A stretch of 32,000 nt of DNA from Corynebacterium glutamicum ATCC 13032 (GTDB lineage: Bacteria > Actinomycetota > Actinomycetes > Mycobacteriales > Mycobacteriaceae). How positions within the stretch are numbered: the first letter of the stretch is position 1; every line of letters begins with the position of its first letter. The stretch lies in NCBI RefSeq assembly GCF_000011325.1, contig NC_003450.3:120001-152000 (forward strand), written 5' to 3'. The position numbers and the translations under genes were made by a program. The notes under the pieces were generated by a model, which worked only from the letters and a program-made list of their open reading frames with translations, was not told the DNA's origin and did no database searches. This document shows positions 1-9,406 of the stretch, piece after piece.

Positions 1-20
1 TCGGAACTATTCTGGCGACC

Positions 21-413
21 ATGCGAATTGAAATCACAAGCGTATTTGTTGATGACCAGGCCAAAGCACTCGATTTCTACACCACGAAGCTCGGATTTGA
101 GCTCAAACACGATGTAACTGCTGGTGACTACCGCTGGTTGACTGTTGTTGATCCAGAAAACCCAGATGGTGTGCAGCTTTTGTTGGAACCAAACCAGCAC
201 CCAGATGCAGCGACTTACCAAGCTGGAATTAAACGAGACGGTATTCCCGCTACACAGTTTTATGTTGATGATGTGCAGGAAGAATATGACAGCCTCAAGG
301 ATAAAGGCGTGGATTTCATCATGGAACCAACCGATGTGGGCCCTTCAGTGATTGCCATTCTCGATGACACCGTAGGAAACCTAATTCAGATTGTTCAATT
401 GAAGCAGAACTAA
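21..413 (+). CDS. VOC (glyoxalase/bleomycin-resistance/dioxygenase) family protein
   Basis: 130-aa ORF whose size and sequence pattern are typical of single-domain VOC proteins (MRIEITSVFVDDQAKALDFYTTKLGF...). The call is family level only. Its stop overlaps the convergent sixA-like stop by 4 nt. Confidence 0.75.
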   Translation: MRIEITSVFVDDQAKALDFYTTKLGFELKHDVTAGDYRWLTVVDPENPDGVQLLLEPNQHPDAATYQAGIKRDGIPATQFYVDDVQEEYDSLKDKGVDFIMEPTDVGPSVIAILDDTVGNLIQIVQLKQN

Positions 414-922
414 CCCCGTGGAATGACAAAATCTGTCAACCGAGCAGAGTTTCTCTCAAGTTTTGACCAAGGGGTGTTAAATTCCAACACCGCAATGGCG
501 CTGGTGGGAAACTTTTCTTCCATCTGATCCCAACCGGGATGTTCATCGCGGATGCCAAAATAATGGGCTAGTTCTTCCACGCCTGGCCAGTGCCCGATGA
601 GTAGGGCGGTACCAACTACATCTGGGAGCCCTGTTATTAAATGTTTAAATTCAGACACTTGGTTTTCATAGATGTCATTGTGGAAGCTAGAGCCTTTGGC
701 GGTTGCGCCACCAAGCTGGACGCGTTCCCACGTTAATTGTGTGCGGGTGGCATCTGAACACAGCACATGATCAATTTCGCCGATGTTGCCAGCTAGCCAT
801 TGGCCAGCTGCCACGCCATCGCGAAGCCCACGTTGATTAAGTGGGCGTTTATGGTCGAGTACTCCGGTGGACCAGGAAGATTTGGCGTGTCTAAGGATGA
901 CGAGGCGATGTGTGGGAGACAT
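410..922 (-). CDS. sixA: Histidine phosphatase superfamily protein, SixA-like phosphohistidine phosphatase
   Basis: 170 aa. It has the N-terminal catalytic motif LVILRHAKS and a downstream LLIGHWPG histidine. It lies 25 nt downstream of mtlD on the same strand, the arrangement known for the C. glutamicum rbtT-mtlD-sixA operon. Confidence 0.75.
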   Translation of the reverse strand: MSPTHRLVILRHAKSSWSTGVLDHKRPLNQRGLRDGVAAGQWLAGNIGEIDHVLCSDATRTQLTWERVQLGGATAKGSSFHNDIYENQVSEFKHLITGLPDVVGTALLIGHWPGVEELAHYFGIRDEHPGWDQMEEKFPTSAIAVLEFNTPWSKLERNSARLTDFVIPRG

Positions 923-947
923 GCCTCAACCCTAGCGCGCAACGGAT

Positions 948-2459
948 TTAGACAGTTACCTGCGTAAGAAGTGCATCGATGGTTGCTTCCGCGCCACGGT
1001 CATGAAGGGAGGACAGTGTCTCGGAGTATGCCTTGGTGAATGGTTCAGCATCGACCAAGTCTCCGAAGATTCCACGGTCGCGGATGAATGACAAAATATC
1101 GGTGCGATTTCCTGATGCGTTTTCTTGGACGCGCTCACTCAAACGGTCAACAATCTTTATTGGGTTGCCCTGCTCGTCGGTGCCTTCTGCGTAGCGCGCC
1201 CAGGATGCGACGATGGCTGCAGAAAGTGTGACGTCGCGGCCTGCTGCGAGGTTTTCGCGTACGACTGGCAACAGCCACTTTGGAATGCGGTCGGAGGATT
1301 CCGCACACAGGCGCGGTACGGTGTCTTTGACTGCGGCGTTGCCGAATCGCGCGATGAGTTGGCGTCGATAAGCATCTAGATCGACACCTGGAAGTTCCTT
1401 GAGGGTAGGGGTGGCTTCGCGCTCCATGTAAGCCAGGAGGAAATCCTGGAAGCGGGTATCCGCCATGACGTCGTGGACCATGTGGTGGCCAGCCAAGTGG
1501 CCGAAGTAGCAAAGTCCCTGGTGGGAGGCGTTGAGCAGGCGCAGCTTCATTAATTCATAAGGCTCCACGTCGGAGACGACCTGCACGCCAACCTCCTCGT
1601 ACGCGGGGCGGCCCTGGGTGAAGGCATCCTCGAGGACCCATTGGGTGAAATCTTCAGAAACCACTGGCCACGCATCGATGTAGCCGATTTCCTTGATGTC
1701 ATCGCGGTCGCCGTCGGTGGTTTCAGGGGTGATGCGGTCCACCATGGAGTTGGGGAAGGCCACGTTGTTTTCCACCCATTCGCCGAGCTCAGAAGACACG
1801 GAATGTGCGAAGGCGAGGAAGAAACGCTTAGCCAGATCGCCGTTGCCTTGGATGTTATCGCAGCTCATGATGGTAAATGGCGTAGATCCTGATTCTTTTC
1901 GGGAAATCAATGCGGCAGTGATCAACCCAAAGAAGGTCTGCAAAGTGGAAGTATCGCCCGCCTGCAGGGCTTCGCGGTCAGCAACGATTCGAGGGTTGGT
2001 GTGGTCGAAATCTTCTGTCGCCGGATCGATGTTGTATCCGCCTTCAGTCACCGTGAGGGAAACAATGCGGATGGAGTCCTGCGCGAGGGTTGCAACGGCC
2101 CGTGCTGGGTCCTCGGGAGCGAACACGTAGTCAATGATGGATCCGATGATTTTTTGATCAAGAGTTCCATCAGGAGCTTTAGTGGTCAGGGTATAAAGGT
2201 GATCTTGGCTGGCCAGGGCATCGCGCATGCGCACATCGGAAGGCATGACACCCATGCCGATGATGCCCCAATCCAAGGCCTTGCCCTCATTCATCAATTC
2301 ATTGAGGTACATCGCTTGGTGAGCGCGATGGAATCCGCCAACACCGAAGTGGACAATGCCCGGGGCGACGTCAGCGCGGTTGAACGCTGGGATCTGCACT
2401 CCGGAAGTCGAAGCGATTTCCTGCAGGTTTTCAGTGTTGAGCTGGAGTGGGGTGTTCAT
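948..2459 (-). CDS. mtlD: Mannitol 2-dehydrogenase (long-chain mannitol dehydrogenase family; also acts on arabitol in C. glutamicum)
   Basis: 503 aa. It has the N-terminal Rossmann motif VHFGVGGFHRAHQAMY and the C-terminal mannitol-dehydrogenase domain pattern. Its position between an MFS polyol transporter and sixA fits this call. Confidence 0.9.
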   Translation of the reverse strand: MNTPLQLNTENLQEIASTSGVQIPAFNRADVAPGIVHFGVGGFHRAHQAMYLNELMNEGKALDWGIIGMGVMPSDVRMRDALASQDHLYTLTTKAPDGTLDQKIIGSIIDYVFAPEDPARAVATLAQDSIRIVSLTVTEGGYNIDPATEDFDHTNPRIVADREALQAGDTSTLQTFFGLITAALISRKESGSTPFTIMSCDNIQGNGDLAKRFFLAFAHSVSSELGEWVENNVAFPNSMVDRITPETTDGDRDDIKEIGYIDAWPVVSEDFTQWVLEDAFTQGRPAYEEVGVQVVSDVEPYELMKLRLLNASHQGLCYFGHLAGHHMVHDVMADTRFQDFLLAYMEREATPTLKELPGVDLDAYRRQLIARFGNAAVKDTVPRLCAESSDRIPKWLLPVVRENLAAGRDVTLSAAIVASWARYAEGTDEQGNPIKIVDRLSERVQENASGNRTDILSFIRDRGIFGDLVDAEPFTKAYSETLSSLHDRGAEATIDALLTQVTV

Positions 2460-2503
2460 GGTGGAAAAGATCCTTTCAAGGATGGGTTTAGCTCGAAAAA
2501 CAG

Positions 2504-3841
2504 TTAGGCGTTTGCGTTTACATCTGCAAGGTCTTCGATGTGGGCGTCTTCAGCAAGTGCTGGCACTCCGTCGAATCCTGGTTGGGTGCCGCGAAGTTGA
2601 AGAGTCATCCAACCGGAGAGCAGGTAGAGGGCGATCATGACCAGGATCAATCCGGTTGGACCAATCAGTGGGTGGAAGACTGCAACCAGGAGCGGTCCCA
2701 CAGCTACAGCGCCACCAACGCCGAGGTTGTATGTGGCCATCGCTGCGCCGGGGTGCTTGGGATCAAGGGAGACAGCGATTGCGGAAAGTGGCACGAAGCC
2801 CGCGAGGGACACACCAAAGAGTGCGCCGGCTGCGATGGTGATTCCGAAAACGACACCGTTGGACATGCCAGCCTGAACGCCGAACATCGGAATGAAGTAA
2901 ACCAACGCGAGGGTGACTGCGCCACCGATTGATCCGCCCCAGAACACAGTTCGTGCCCAACCGTGGCGGTCGCCGAAGCTACCGAAGAAAGGATTGAACG
3001 GCAGGTTGACTGCGTAAATTACAGTGGTGAGGATGAGGAACCAGCTTAGCTGCCACTTCAGATCGTCAGTGAAAAATGATGGGAAGAACACAGCCATCGC
3101 GTAGGTCGGAATGGAGTTGATGGTGCGGATGTAGGTGACAAAACGTGCACGTCGATCATTGCGCAGAAGTTTGAAGCCCTGGCCAAGTGTTTGCTTCACA
3201 TCGTCGGGGTTGGCAACCAGTGGGTGGCGTCCGCGACGTTCCTTCACTCCCAGCAGTGCGATGAGCGATCCGATGACCACCAGCACGAGGGAAACCCACA
3301 ACGTTTCATAGAAGGTCAAGTTCACGTACTGCATGGAAATGGTGGCAACCAGCGCACCCAAGGTAGGAAGACCTGCAGAGAAGGCAACGTAGAACCAACC
3401 CACACCGGTACCCAATTGCTTAGGTGAGGCAGTTGCGGTGATCCACACCAAGAATCCGTAGGCGAAGAATGGATAACCAAAGCCGCGGAGACCATAAGCA
3501 AGGAAGATCAACCAAGTATGGTCGGTGGTCAGTGCCACGGTGAGGAAGATCAGCTCAAAGACGATCCAGATTGAAGCACCGAGGATCATCACTTTTCGTG
3601 GACCCCACAGGTCCGAAAGTGCCGCCGCGAAGAATGCTGCGATCGCCACGGCAACACCGTAAACAGTCACCAGGGTTCCCGCGAGGGAAACGCTGAAACC
3701 ATGTTCGGAACTGAGGAAAGGTTCCAAAATGTTGGTTTCGACACCGTCACCGATCATGAAGATGGTGAGGCCGATAAATCCGAAAATCAAGGGTCGGGGA
3801 ATGCCGAGACGTTCGAGCAACCCGCTTTGCTGTACTGACAT
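2504..3841 (-). CDS. rbtT: MFS transporter, polyol (ribitol/arabitol) uptake type
   Basis: 445 aa and hydrophobic throughout with about 12 TM segments. It is the first gene of the minus-strand operon with mtlD and sixA. The symbol is assigned from synteny with the C. glutamicum atlR regulon, not from a search. Confidence 0.75.
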   Translation of the reverse strand: MSVQQSGLLERLGIPRPLIFGFIGLTIFMIGDGVETNILEPFLSSEHGFSVSLAGTLVTVYGVAVAIAAFFAAALSDLWGPRKVMILGASIWIVFELIFLTVALTTDHTWLIFLAYGLRGFGYPFFAYGFLVWITATASPKQLGTGVGWFYVAFSAGLPTLGALVATISMQYVNLTFYETLWVSLVLVVIGSLIALLGVKERRGRHPLVANPDDVKQTLGQGFKLLRNDRRARFVTYIRTINSIPTYAMAVFFPSFFTDDLKWQLSWFLILTTVIYAVNLPFNPFFGSFGDRHGWARTVFWGGSIGGAVTLALVYFIPMFGVQAGMSNGVVFGITIAAGALFGVSLAGFVPLSAIAVSLDPKHPGAAMATYNLGVGGAVAVGPLLVAVFHPLIGPTGLILVMIALYLLSGWMTLQLRGTQPGFDGVPALAEDAHIEDLADVNANA

Positions 3842-4120
3842 GTGTTCACCTTTGTTTTAAATGTTGAGTCCAGCGCTAAAGCATCAGAAGCCAAAAGCCA
3901 GAAGCTAAAAACACTGAGAAACCGTCACGTTAAATCCGTGTTAGATTCAACAAAATCTGGCTTAGCTTCAGCGCTGAACTCACAATTCCGATTAGTTCGT
4001 GGTGCGAATCACGTGAAACTAACAACAATCTAACGCCATCATGTTATAAAAAAGCAAGACCTAACATAAAAATGTTAGAAAGTGCTGGATCTAACAACAT
4101 TTCCGTGGTAACTTTTTCAC
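3842..4120. promoter_or_regulatory. Divergent rbtT / atlR promoter-operator region with multiple CTAAC/GTTAG boxes
   Basis: AT-rich 279-bp intergenic region. It holds a perfect 18-bp palindrome CTAACATAAAAATGTTAG at 4061-4078. CTAACAACA occurs twice (4019-4027, 4091-4099). ATCTAAC occurs at 4028-4034 and 4089-4095, and its complement TGTTAGAT at 3939-3946. TAACTT at 4109-4114 lies 6 nt before the atlR ATG with no SD, which suggests a leaderless atlR mRNA. Confidence 0.5.
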
Positions 4121-4969
4121 ATGTCCCAAGTGATTCCCGCCAGCTCACAAGAAAAGCGTCGTGAGCGCATCGTTTCTTATGTCACCCGTCATGGATTCGC
4201 TCGTGTTGAAGCATTAGCTGAGCTTTTTGAGGTCAGCGCAATGACCATTCACCGTGATTTGGAGGCGCTGGCTGCAGACAATTTGGTGGAGCGCATTAGG
4301 GGTGGCGCGCGTTCGGTGTCGCCGTCGATGAGTGAGTTGGCAGTGGAGCAGCGTCGGCATTTGCATCGCACTGTTAAAGAGGCGTTGTGTACTGCAGCAG
4401 CACGGTTGATTCCGGAGGGCGCTGTGGTGGCGATTGATGATTCCACCACGTTGGAGTCTTTGGTTGAGAAGTTGCCGCAGCGGTCACCATCGGCGTTGAT
4501 TACGCATTCTTTGAAGACAATGGCGGATCATCGTGTGCGCGCCGGGATGAGCGATATCCGTTTGATTGCGTGTGCGGGATTGTATTTCGCGGAGACTGAT
4601 TCTTTCTTGGGCAAGGCAACTTCAGCGCAGTTGAATGAGCTGTCGGCGGATATTTCTTTTGTTTCTACGACTGCGGTGCGCGCTACGGGGGAGGTTCCGG
4701 CGCTGTTTCATCCTGATATGGAGGCTGCTGATACGAAGCGGGCGTTGATTGGGATTGGTAGCGTGCGTGTGTTGGTGGTGGATTCTAGTAAATTTGGTTC
4801 GGCTGGTGTGTTCAAGGTTGCTTCGATTGAGGAGTTTGACCACATCATCATTGATCAGCAGTGCACCCGTGAGCAGCGGGATCTTTTGCGTAATTCGCGC
4901 GCGCAGATCCATGTGATTGACCACAATGGTGATGAAATTTTGGATACCCCAACGGAAGAGGATTTTTAA
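4121..4969 (+). CDS. atlR: DeoR-family transcriptional regulator of arabitol/mannitol utilisation
   Basis: 282 aa. It has an N-terminal DeoR wHTH (VEALAELFEVSAMTIHRDLEAL) and a C-terminal DeoR sugar-phosphate sensor domain. It is divergent from rbtT-mtlD and sits immediately upstream of xylB. Confidence 0.85.
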   Translation: MSQVIPASSQEKRRERIVSYVTRHGFARVEALAELFEVSAMTIHRDLEALAADNLVERIRGGARSVSPSMSELAVEQRRHLHRTVKEALCTAAARLIPEGAVVAIDDSTTLESLVEKLPQRSPSALITHSLKTMADHRVRAGMSDIRLIACAGLYFAETDSFLGKATSAQLNELSADISFVSTTAVRATGEVPALFHPDMEAADTKRALIGIGSVRVLVVDSSKFGSAGVFKVASIEEFDHIIIDQQCTREQRDLLRNSRAQIHVIDHNGDEILDTPTEEDF

Positions 4970-4970
4970 G

Positions 4971-6353
4971 ATGGCTTTGGTTCTTGGAATCGATAGTTCC
5001 ACCCAATCCTGCAAGGCTTTGCTTGTCGACGCCGCCACCGGCCAGGTTATCGACGAAGGCCGCGCGAGTCACCCGAGCGGGTCGGAGGTAGATCCACGTG
5101 CGTGGATCGCTGCGCTGGATCAAGCTACCGAGGGGTTGTTAGAACGCGCGGACGCTGTATCTATTGCAGGCCAGCAGCACGGCATGGTGGCGTTGGATGA
5201 AAACGATGAAATCGTTCGCCCGGCGTTGTTATGGAATGACACTCGTTCTGCCCAGGCTGCGTTGGATCTCAATGAGGAGATCGGCGGCGATCAGGCTGCG
5301 GTAGATGCCACGGGAAGTGTGTATGTTGCTTCTTTAACTGCCACCAAAATGCGGTGGATGCGTGATCATGAACCAGAAAATGCAGCGCGCACGGCGTCGG
5401 TGATGTTGCCTCATGATTTCCTCACCTGGCATTTGATGGGACGCGGACGCAAAGTCACCGACCATGGTGATGCTTCTGGAACGGGCTACTACAGCACGCG
5501 TGATCGTGCGTGGCGCACCGATCTAGCTGCCTTGGCGCTGGGCCATGAGGTGGAACTTCCTGAACTCCTGGCCCCAAATGCGATTGCGGGAACAACTCCA
5601 GGTGGAGTGAAAGTTGCTGCAGGCACGGGAGATAATGCTGCGGCTGCGCTTGGCCTTGATTTGCAGCCTGGTGATGTCAGCGTGTCGATCGGCACCTCTG
5701 GCGTTGCCGGCATGACCGTTCAACATAGCGTCCACGATCCATCTGGTTTGGTCACTGGTTTCGCCGATGCCACGGGTGCGTATTTCCCGCTGGCCTGCAC
5801 GCTTAATGGCGCACCGGTGTTGGAATTCGGCCGCCGCATTCTGGGCGTGGAATGGGAAGAGTTCGATGCGCTTGCACTGGCTGCTCAACCCGGTTCAGGT
5901 GGCGTGACGCTCCAGCCTTATTTGGAGGGCGAGCGTACGCCGAATCGTCCCGCAGCACGTGGCGTTTTGGCTGGACTAAACTGTGCAACGACCCGCGAGG
6001 ACTTTGCCCGAGCAACTGTTGAAGGCTTGTTGTTGGCATTGGATGATGCTGTAACGGCGCTGGTTGAGGCCACGGGAGTGCCCGTTCAGCGCATCCAGCT
6101 CATCGGTGGCGGCGCGCGTTCACAGGCGGTTCGTGAGATTGCCCCTGAGATTTTCGGCCATGAGATTGTGGTTCCAGAACCCGCTGAATATGTGGCGTTG
6201 GGTGCAGCTCGTCAGGCGGCATGGGCGCTGTCGGGTGAGGCCACGCCACCGCAGTGGCCAACTCCCGGTTCCGATCCGCACCGCGCACCTAAAAACACTG
6301 AGCTGAGCACGCGTTATGCGAAGCTGCGTGCTGCAACGCAGGGTTGGTACTAG
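4971..6353 (+). CDS. xylB: Xylulokinase (FGGY carbohydrate kinase family)
   Basis: FGGY N-terminal motif [15 protein letters not shown] and the [11 protein letters not shown] motif. I chose the ATG at 4971, one nt after the atlR stop, over the ORF-track start at 4917, which lies inside atlR. Confidence 0.9.
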
Positions 6354-7189
6354 AGCTCGATATTGTCGATCAACCGCACCGGCCCCACGAAAATCGCGCC
6401 GACCACCAACGCTGGTTGGGTGAGCAGGCCGTCGATTTCTAATGGTTCGAGGGTGGCTGGATCGACAATTTCCAGGTGATCCAAGCGCACGCCGTCGGCG
6501 CTGGCCAAGGTGTCGCGCGCACCTTGGATATCTAGCGCTTCACCAGCTGCTTTTCGACGCTGCAACCCACTCAACACCTGCGGCAGCACCAGAGCTTGCG
6601 CTCGCTGATCCGCAGAAAGACGTTGATTGCGGCTGGATTCGGCTAAGCCATCGGCGCCACGAATAATCGGAACGGGACGAATCTCCACGGGAATGTCTAG
6701 ATCGGCAACCAATCGCCGAATCACCGCAACCTGCTGAGCATCTTTTTGTCCAAAATATGCACGATCAGGGCGCACCAAATTGAACAGCTTCGCCACCACG
6801 GTAGCCACACCATCGAAATGGCCAGGCCTGCTGGCACCCTCCAATTTTGTTCCGATGGAACCGGTGCGCGCCCACACTAGTGGCAAGCCACCGGGGTACA
6901 TTTCCTCCACATCGGGTGCGAACACAATATCCACACCTGCCTCTTCAAGCAGTGCTAAATCGGCGTCGAGTTGGCGGGGATAGTTGCGGTAATCATCGCA
7001 ATCACCGAGTGCTTCAAACTGCAGGGGATTGACAAAAATACTGGCTACAACAGTGTCGTTTTCAGCGCGTGCTGCTTTAACCAACGAGGCGTGTCCGCTG
7101 TGTAGCGCACCCATGGTGGGGACGAGCCCGACGGATTTGTGGTGGAGGAGGGCGTCGATAAGCGCCTGCTTTGTGGTTGCTACCTGCAT
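6350..7189 (-). CDS. panC: Pantoate--beta-alanine ligase (pantothenate synthetase)
   Basis: It carries the [10 protein letters not shown] (HxGH) nucleotidyltransferase motif. The start was chosen at [10 protein letters not shown] (7189), where TAATG overlaps the panB stop and gives 279 aa. The 50-codon upstream extension in the ORF track lies inside panB. Confidence 0.9.
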
Positions 7190-8004
7190 TAAAAGGACTC
7201 CGCTTCGCCTGGGAAGGTACCCGCGTGGATATCGGCGATGTAGGCCTGCGCGGCGTCGTGCAAGGAATCGCCCAAGGTGGCGTACTCGCGGACGAAGCGT
7301 GGCTTCTTGCCGCGGTTGAGGCCGAAGGCATCCTGCCACACCAAAACCTGCCCATCTGTGCCATTGCCGGCACCGATTCCGATAGTGGTGATGGAAAGAT
7401 CCTCGGTAACCTCGCGCGCTGCCTCTGCTGGAACCATCTCCAACACAACCGCAAACGCACCCGCCTGCTCCAACGCGCGGGCATCGGCGATGAGCTTTCC
7501 AGAACTCGCGCCACGACCCTGAACCACGTGGCCGCCCAAGGAATGCTCGGACTGCGGGGTGTACCCGATGTGGCCGACAACCGGAATTCCAGCATCAACA
7601 ATGCGTCGAATCGTCTGCGCGATCTCCACGCCACCCTCGATCTTCACCGCAGCCGCACCCGTTTCACGCATGACCCGGATCGCGGACTCCACCGCCTGAT
7701 TTGGGCTCACCTCATAGGTACCAAACGGCAGATCAACCACCACAAGCGCACGCTTCGTAGCGATCGTCACCGCCTTGGCCAGCACAATCATCTCATCCAA
7801 GGTGATCGACAAGGTGGTATCGCGACCCAGCACAACGTTGGCAGCGGAATCACCAACAAGGAGCATATCGACGCCAGCCTCATCAAAAATGCGCGCCGAA
7901 AGCGCATCATAGCTGGTGAGAACCGAAACTTTCTGGCCGTTTACTTTAGCTTCGCGGAAATGACGGGTGCGGATTTTCTTTGCATCAATGCCTGACATGG
8001 GCAT
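7189..8004 (-). CDS. panB: 3-methyl-2-oxobutanoate hydroxymethyltransferase (ketopantoate hydroxymethyltransferase)
   Basis: 271 aa with the typical PanB pattern (VLTSYDA..., [18 protein letters not shown]). It is translationally coupled to panC. Confidence 0.92.
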
Positions 8005-8095
8005 GAGTATAGATGTGATGACCAGCTCAGAATAAATAAATTCCGATTTGATTCACTGTTCAGGGGTGTTGCTCGATTAAGTTCTCGTTATGGAG

Positions 8096-9049
8096 TCAAA
8101 TTTTTACCTCAAGACCTACTATCTCACGACCTTTATCCGTGAGCGCAAACCGCAAAGGGCGTTTGCTGACCTCGTGAACTAATTCCATTTCTCGGAGAGT
8201 TCTAAAATACCTCGTTGCAGTTGCCTTAGAAACTTTAAGAAACTTTGCTGCCGATTCAAGTGAAAGTGTTTCGTCCTTACCGAAAAGCTGAATCTGGCCG
8301 AGAATGTACAACAGATTGATCTGATGGTTCTTAAAGGAATTGGTACCCCGAAGCGTTTTAATGGCGTCCTCAAGGCTTGCCAAAAAGTCGATTCTTTGTT
8401 TTATATTCTCAATGAGACCTTCTTGCGCTGCAATTAACAGCTCAAGCATGGAAATAACAAACGGTGTTCCGTCTCCGCGATTTAATCGGTGTTCTACGGC
8501 ATGAAACGCTTTGTAGTACTTGTTTCGAAATTGATTAATTGCCGAAGACATTGTCAGTGCTGTAGCAGGGGAGAGAATTTTGCTTAATTGTATCCCGAGA
8601 AGGTAGCGCCCAGTTCTTCCGTTTCCATCATAAAACGGGTGAATTGATTCAAACATGAAGTGTGACATCATGATGCCAACAAGGTTGGATTCCTCTTCTG
8701 AGTGCGCCAGCTTAATAATTGCGTTGATTCCTTCGATGATCTGTGATTCTGGAGAAAAACCTGAATGAATCACTTTTTGCCGACTATCGCGGATTTCCAC
8801 GGGTCCTTGGCGGAAAATCTCACCATCTAATTCATTTTCTTTACCTAGCTCGCCGTGCATTAAATGGTCATAGAGTTCTCGAAGTTCACTTGGGCTTTCC
8901 GGAAAGGATATTTTACCTTCGGCAAGTGCGAGGTAAAGGTGTGAAATTTCCGAAAATCTCTTTGGCTCACTAGTGGAAGATTCATCAAGCGCTATTTCAA
9001 TATCCCGACGAGTTGAGTGAATATTTTCAATCTCATTTGTTGAAATCAC
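8096..9049 (-). CDS. Fic/DOC family protein (probable AMPylase) with C-terminal winged-HTH; 5-prime end uncertain
   Basis: Canonical Fic motif HPFYDGNGRTGR at 8606-8641. An N-terminal TNEIEN sequence matches the (S/T)xxxE(G/N) auto-inhibitory helix motif. The C-terminal segment LKVSKATATRYFRTLREMELV looks like an HTH. The gene and its flanks are visibly AT-rich relative to their neighbours. The track start is a GTG at 9049, but the frame stays open up to 9280. Confidence 0.85.
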   Translation of the reverse strand: MISTNEIENIHSTRRDIEIALDESSTSEPKRFSEISHLYLALAEGKISFPESPSELRELYDHLMHGELGKENELDGEIFRQGPVEIRDSRQKVIHSGFSPESQIIEGINAIIKLAHSEEESNLVGIMMSHFMFESIHPFYDGNGRTGRYLLGIQLSKILSPATALTMSSAINQFRNKYYKAFHAVEHRLNRGDGTPFVISMLELLIAAQEGLIENIKQRIDFLASLEDAIKTLRGTNSFKNHQINLLYILGQIQLFGKDETLSLESAAKFLKVSKATATRYFRTLREMELVHEVSKRPLRFALTDKGREIVGLEVKI

Positions 9050-9371
9050 TTCATCGATTGTGAGTGAGCGGTAATAATGTCGAATGACACCGGGTGGGAG
9101 CCTTGACCAATAGTAGAGAATTGTCCTCTCTAAATTATGGCTTCTTTCGGTTAGTCGATAAACTTCCGGGGTAATAAGACAAAACAGTGGGTTATTTTTA
9201 ACCTTAAATTCCCATTTAAGTGCTGCTTCGGAATTGAATCGACTTTGATATAGCGTCTCTGCTGCGGATTGATGTAGAGCTTAGTGATCCTTCTCCAGAG
9301 TCCTGTAGTCCATGTCAAATCCTTTATAAACAAAAATGGCCAATTTGCAGTTTAGAAGTTGCCTTAACCGT

Positions 9372-9406
9372 TCTTAATTGACAAAAGTTGTCATTTTGTC
9401 AATTAA
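9372..9406. repeat. Perfect 14-bp inverted repeat (CTTAATTGACAAAA-N7-TTTTGTCAATTAAG) upstream of the Fic gene
   Basis: Read directly: the left arm is 9372-9385, the spacer GTTGTCA is 9386-9392 and the right arm is 9393-9406. Each arm contains TTGACA. It lies between the stop of the glycosylase gene and the Fic reading frame. Confidence 0.8.

Noticed and set aside
3842-4033. 63-aa plus-strand ORF in the rbtT-atlR intergenic region
   Set aside because: It starts exactly at the rbtT start on the opposite strand and runs through operator-like repeats. Its sequence is low-complexity and Ser/Lys/Ala-rich, and it has no SD.
4917-4970. 18-codon N-terminal extension of xylB given in the ORF track
   Set aside because: The extension lies inside the atlR coding region. 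The FGGY N-terminal motif begins right after the ATG at 4971, which sits one nt after the atlR stop.
7190-7339. 50-codon N-terminal extension of panC
   Set aside because: It lies within panB in another frame and is Arg-rich nonsense. The TAATG stop-start overlap at 7189 gives the expected PanC N-terminus.
7077-7634. 185-aa minus-strand ORF overlapping the panC/panB junction in another frame
   Set aside because: It is out of frame with two well-supported genes. Its composition is Arg/Ser/Pro-rich and of low complexity, and no start context supports it.
7171-7995. 274-aa ORF on the plus strand covering almost all of panB
   Set aside because: It is antisense to panB, which has clear family motifs. 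The plus-strand translation is Arg/Leu/Gly/His-rich with no recognisable motif. It is a typical shadow ORF of a GC-biased gene.
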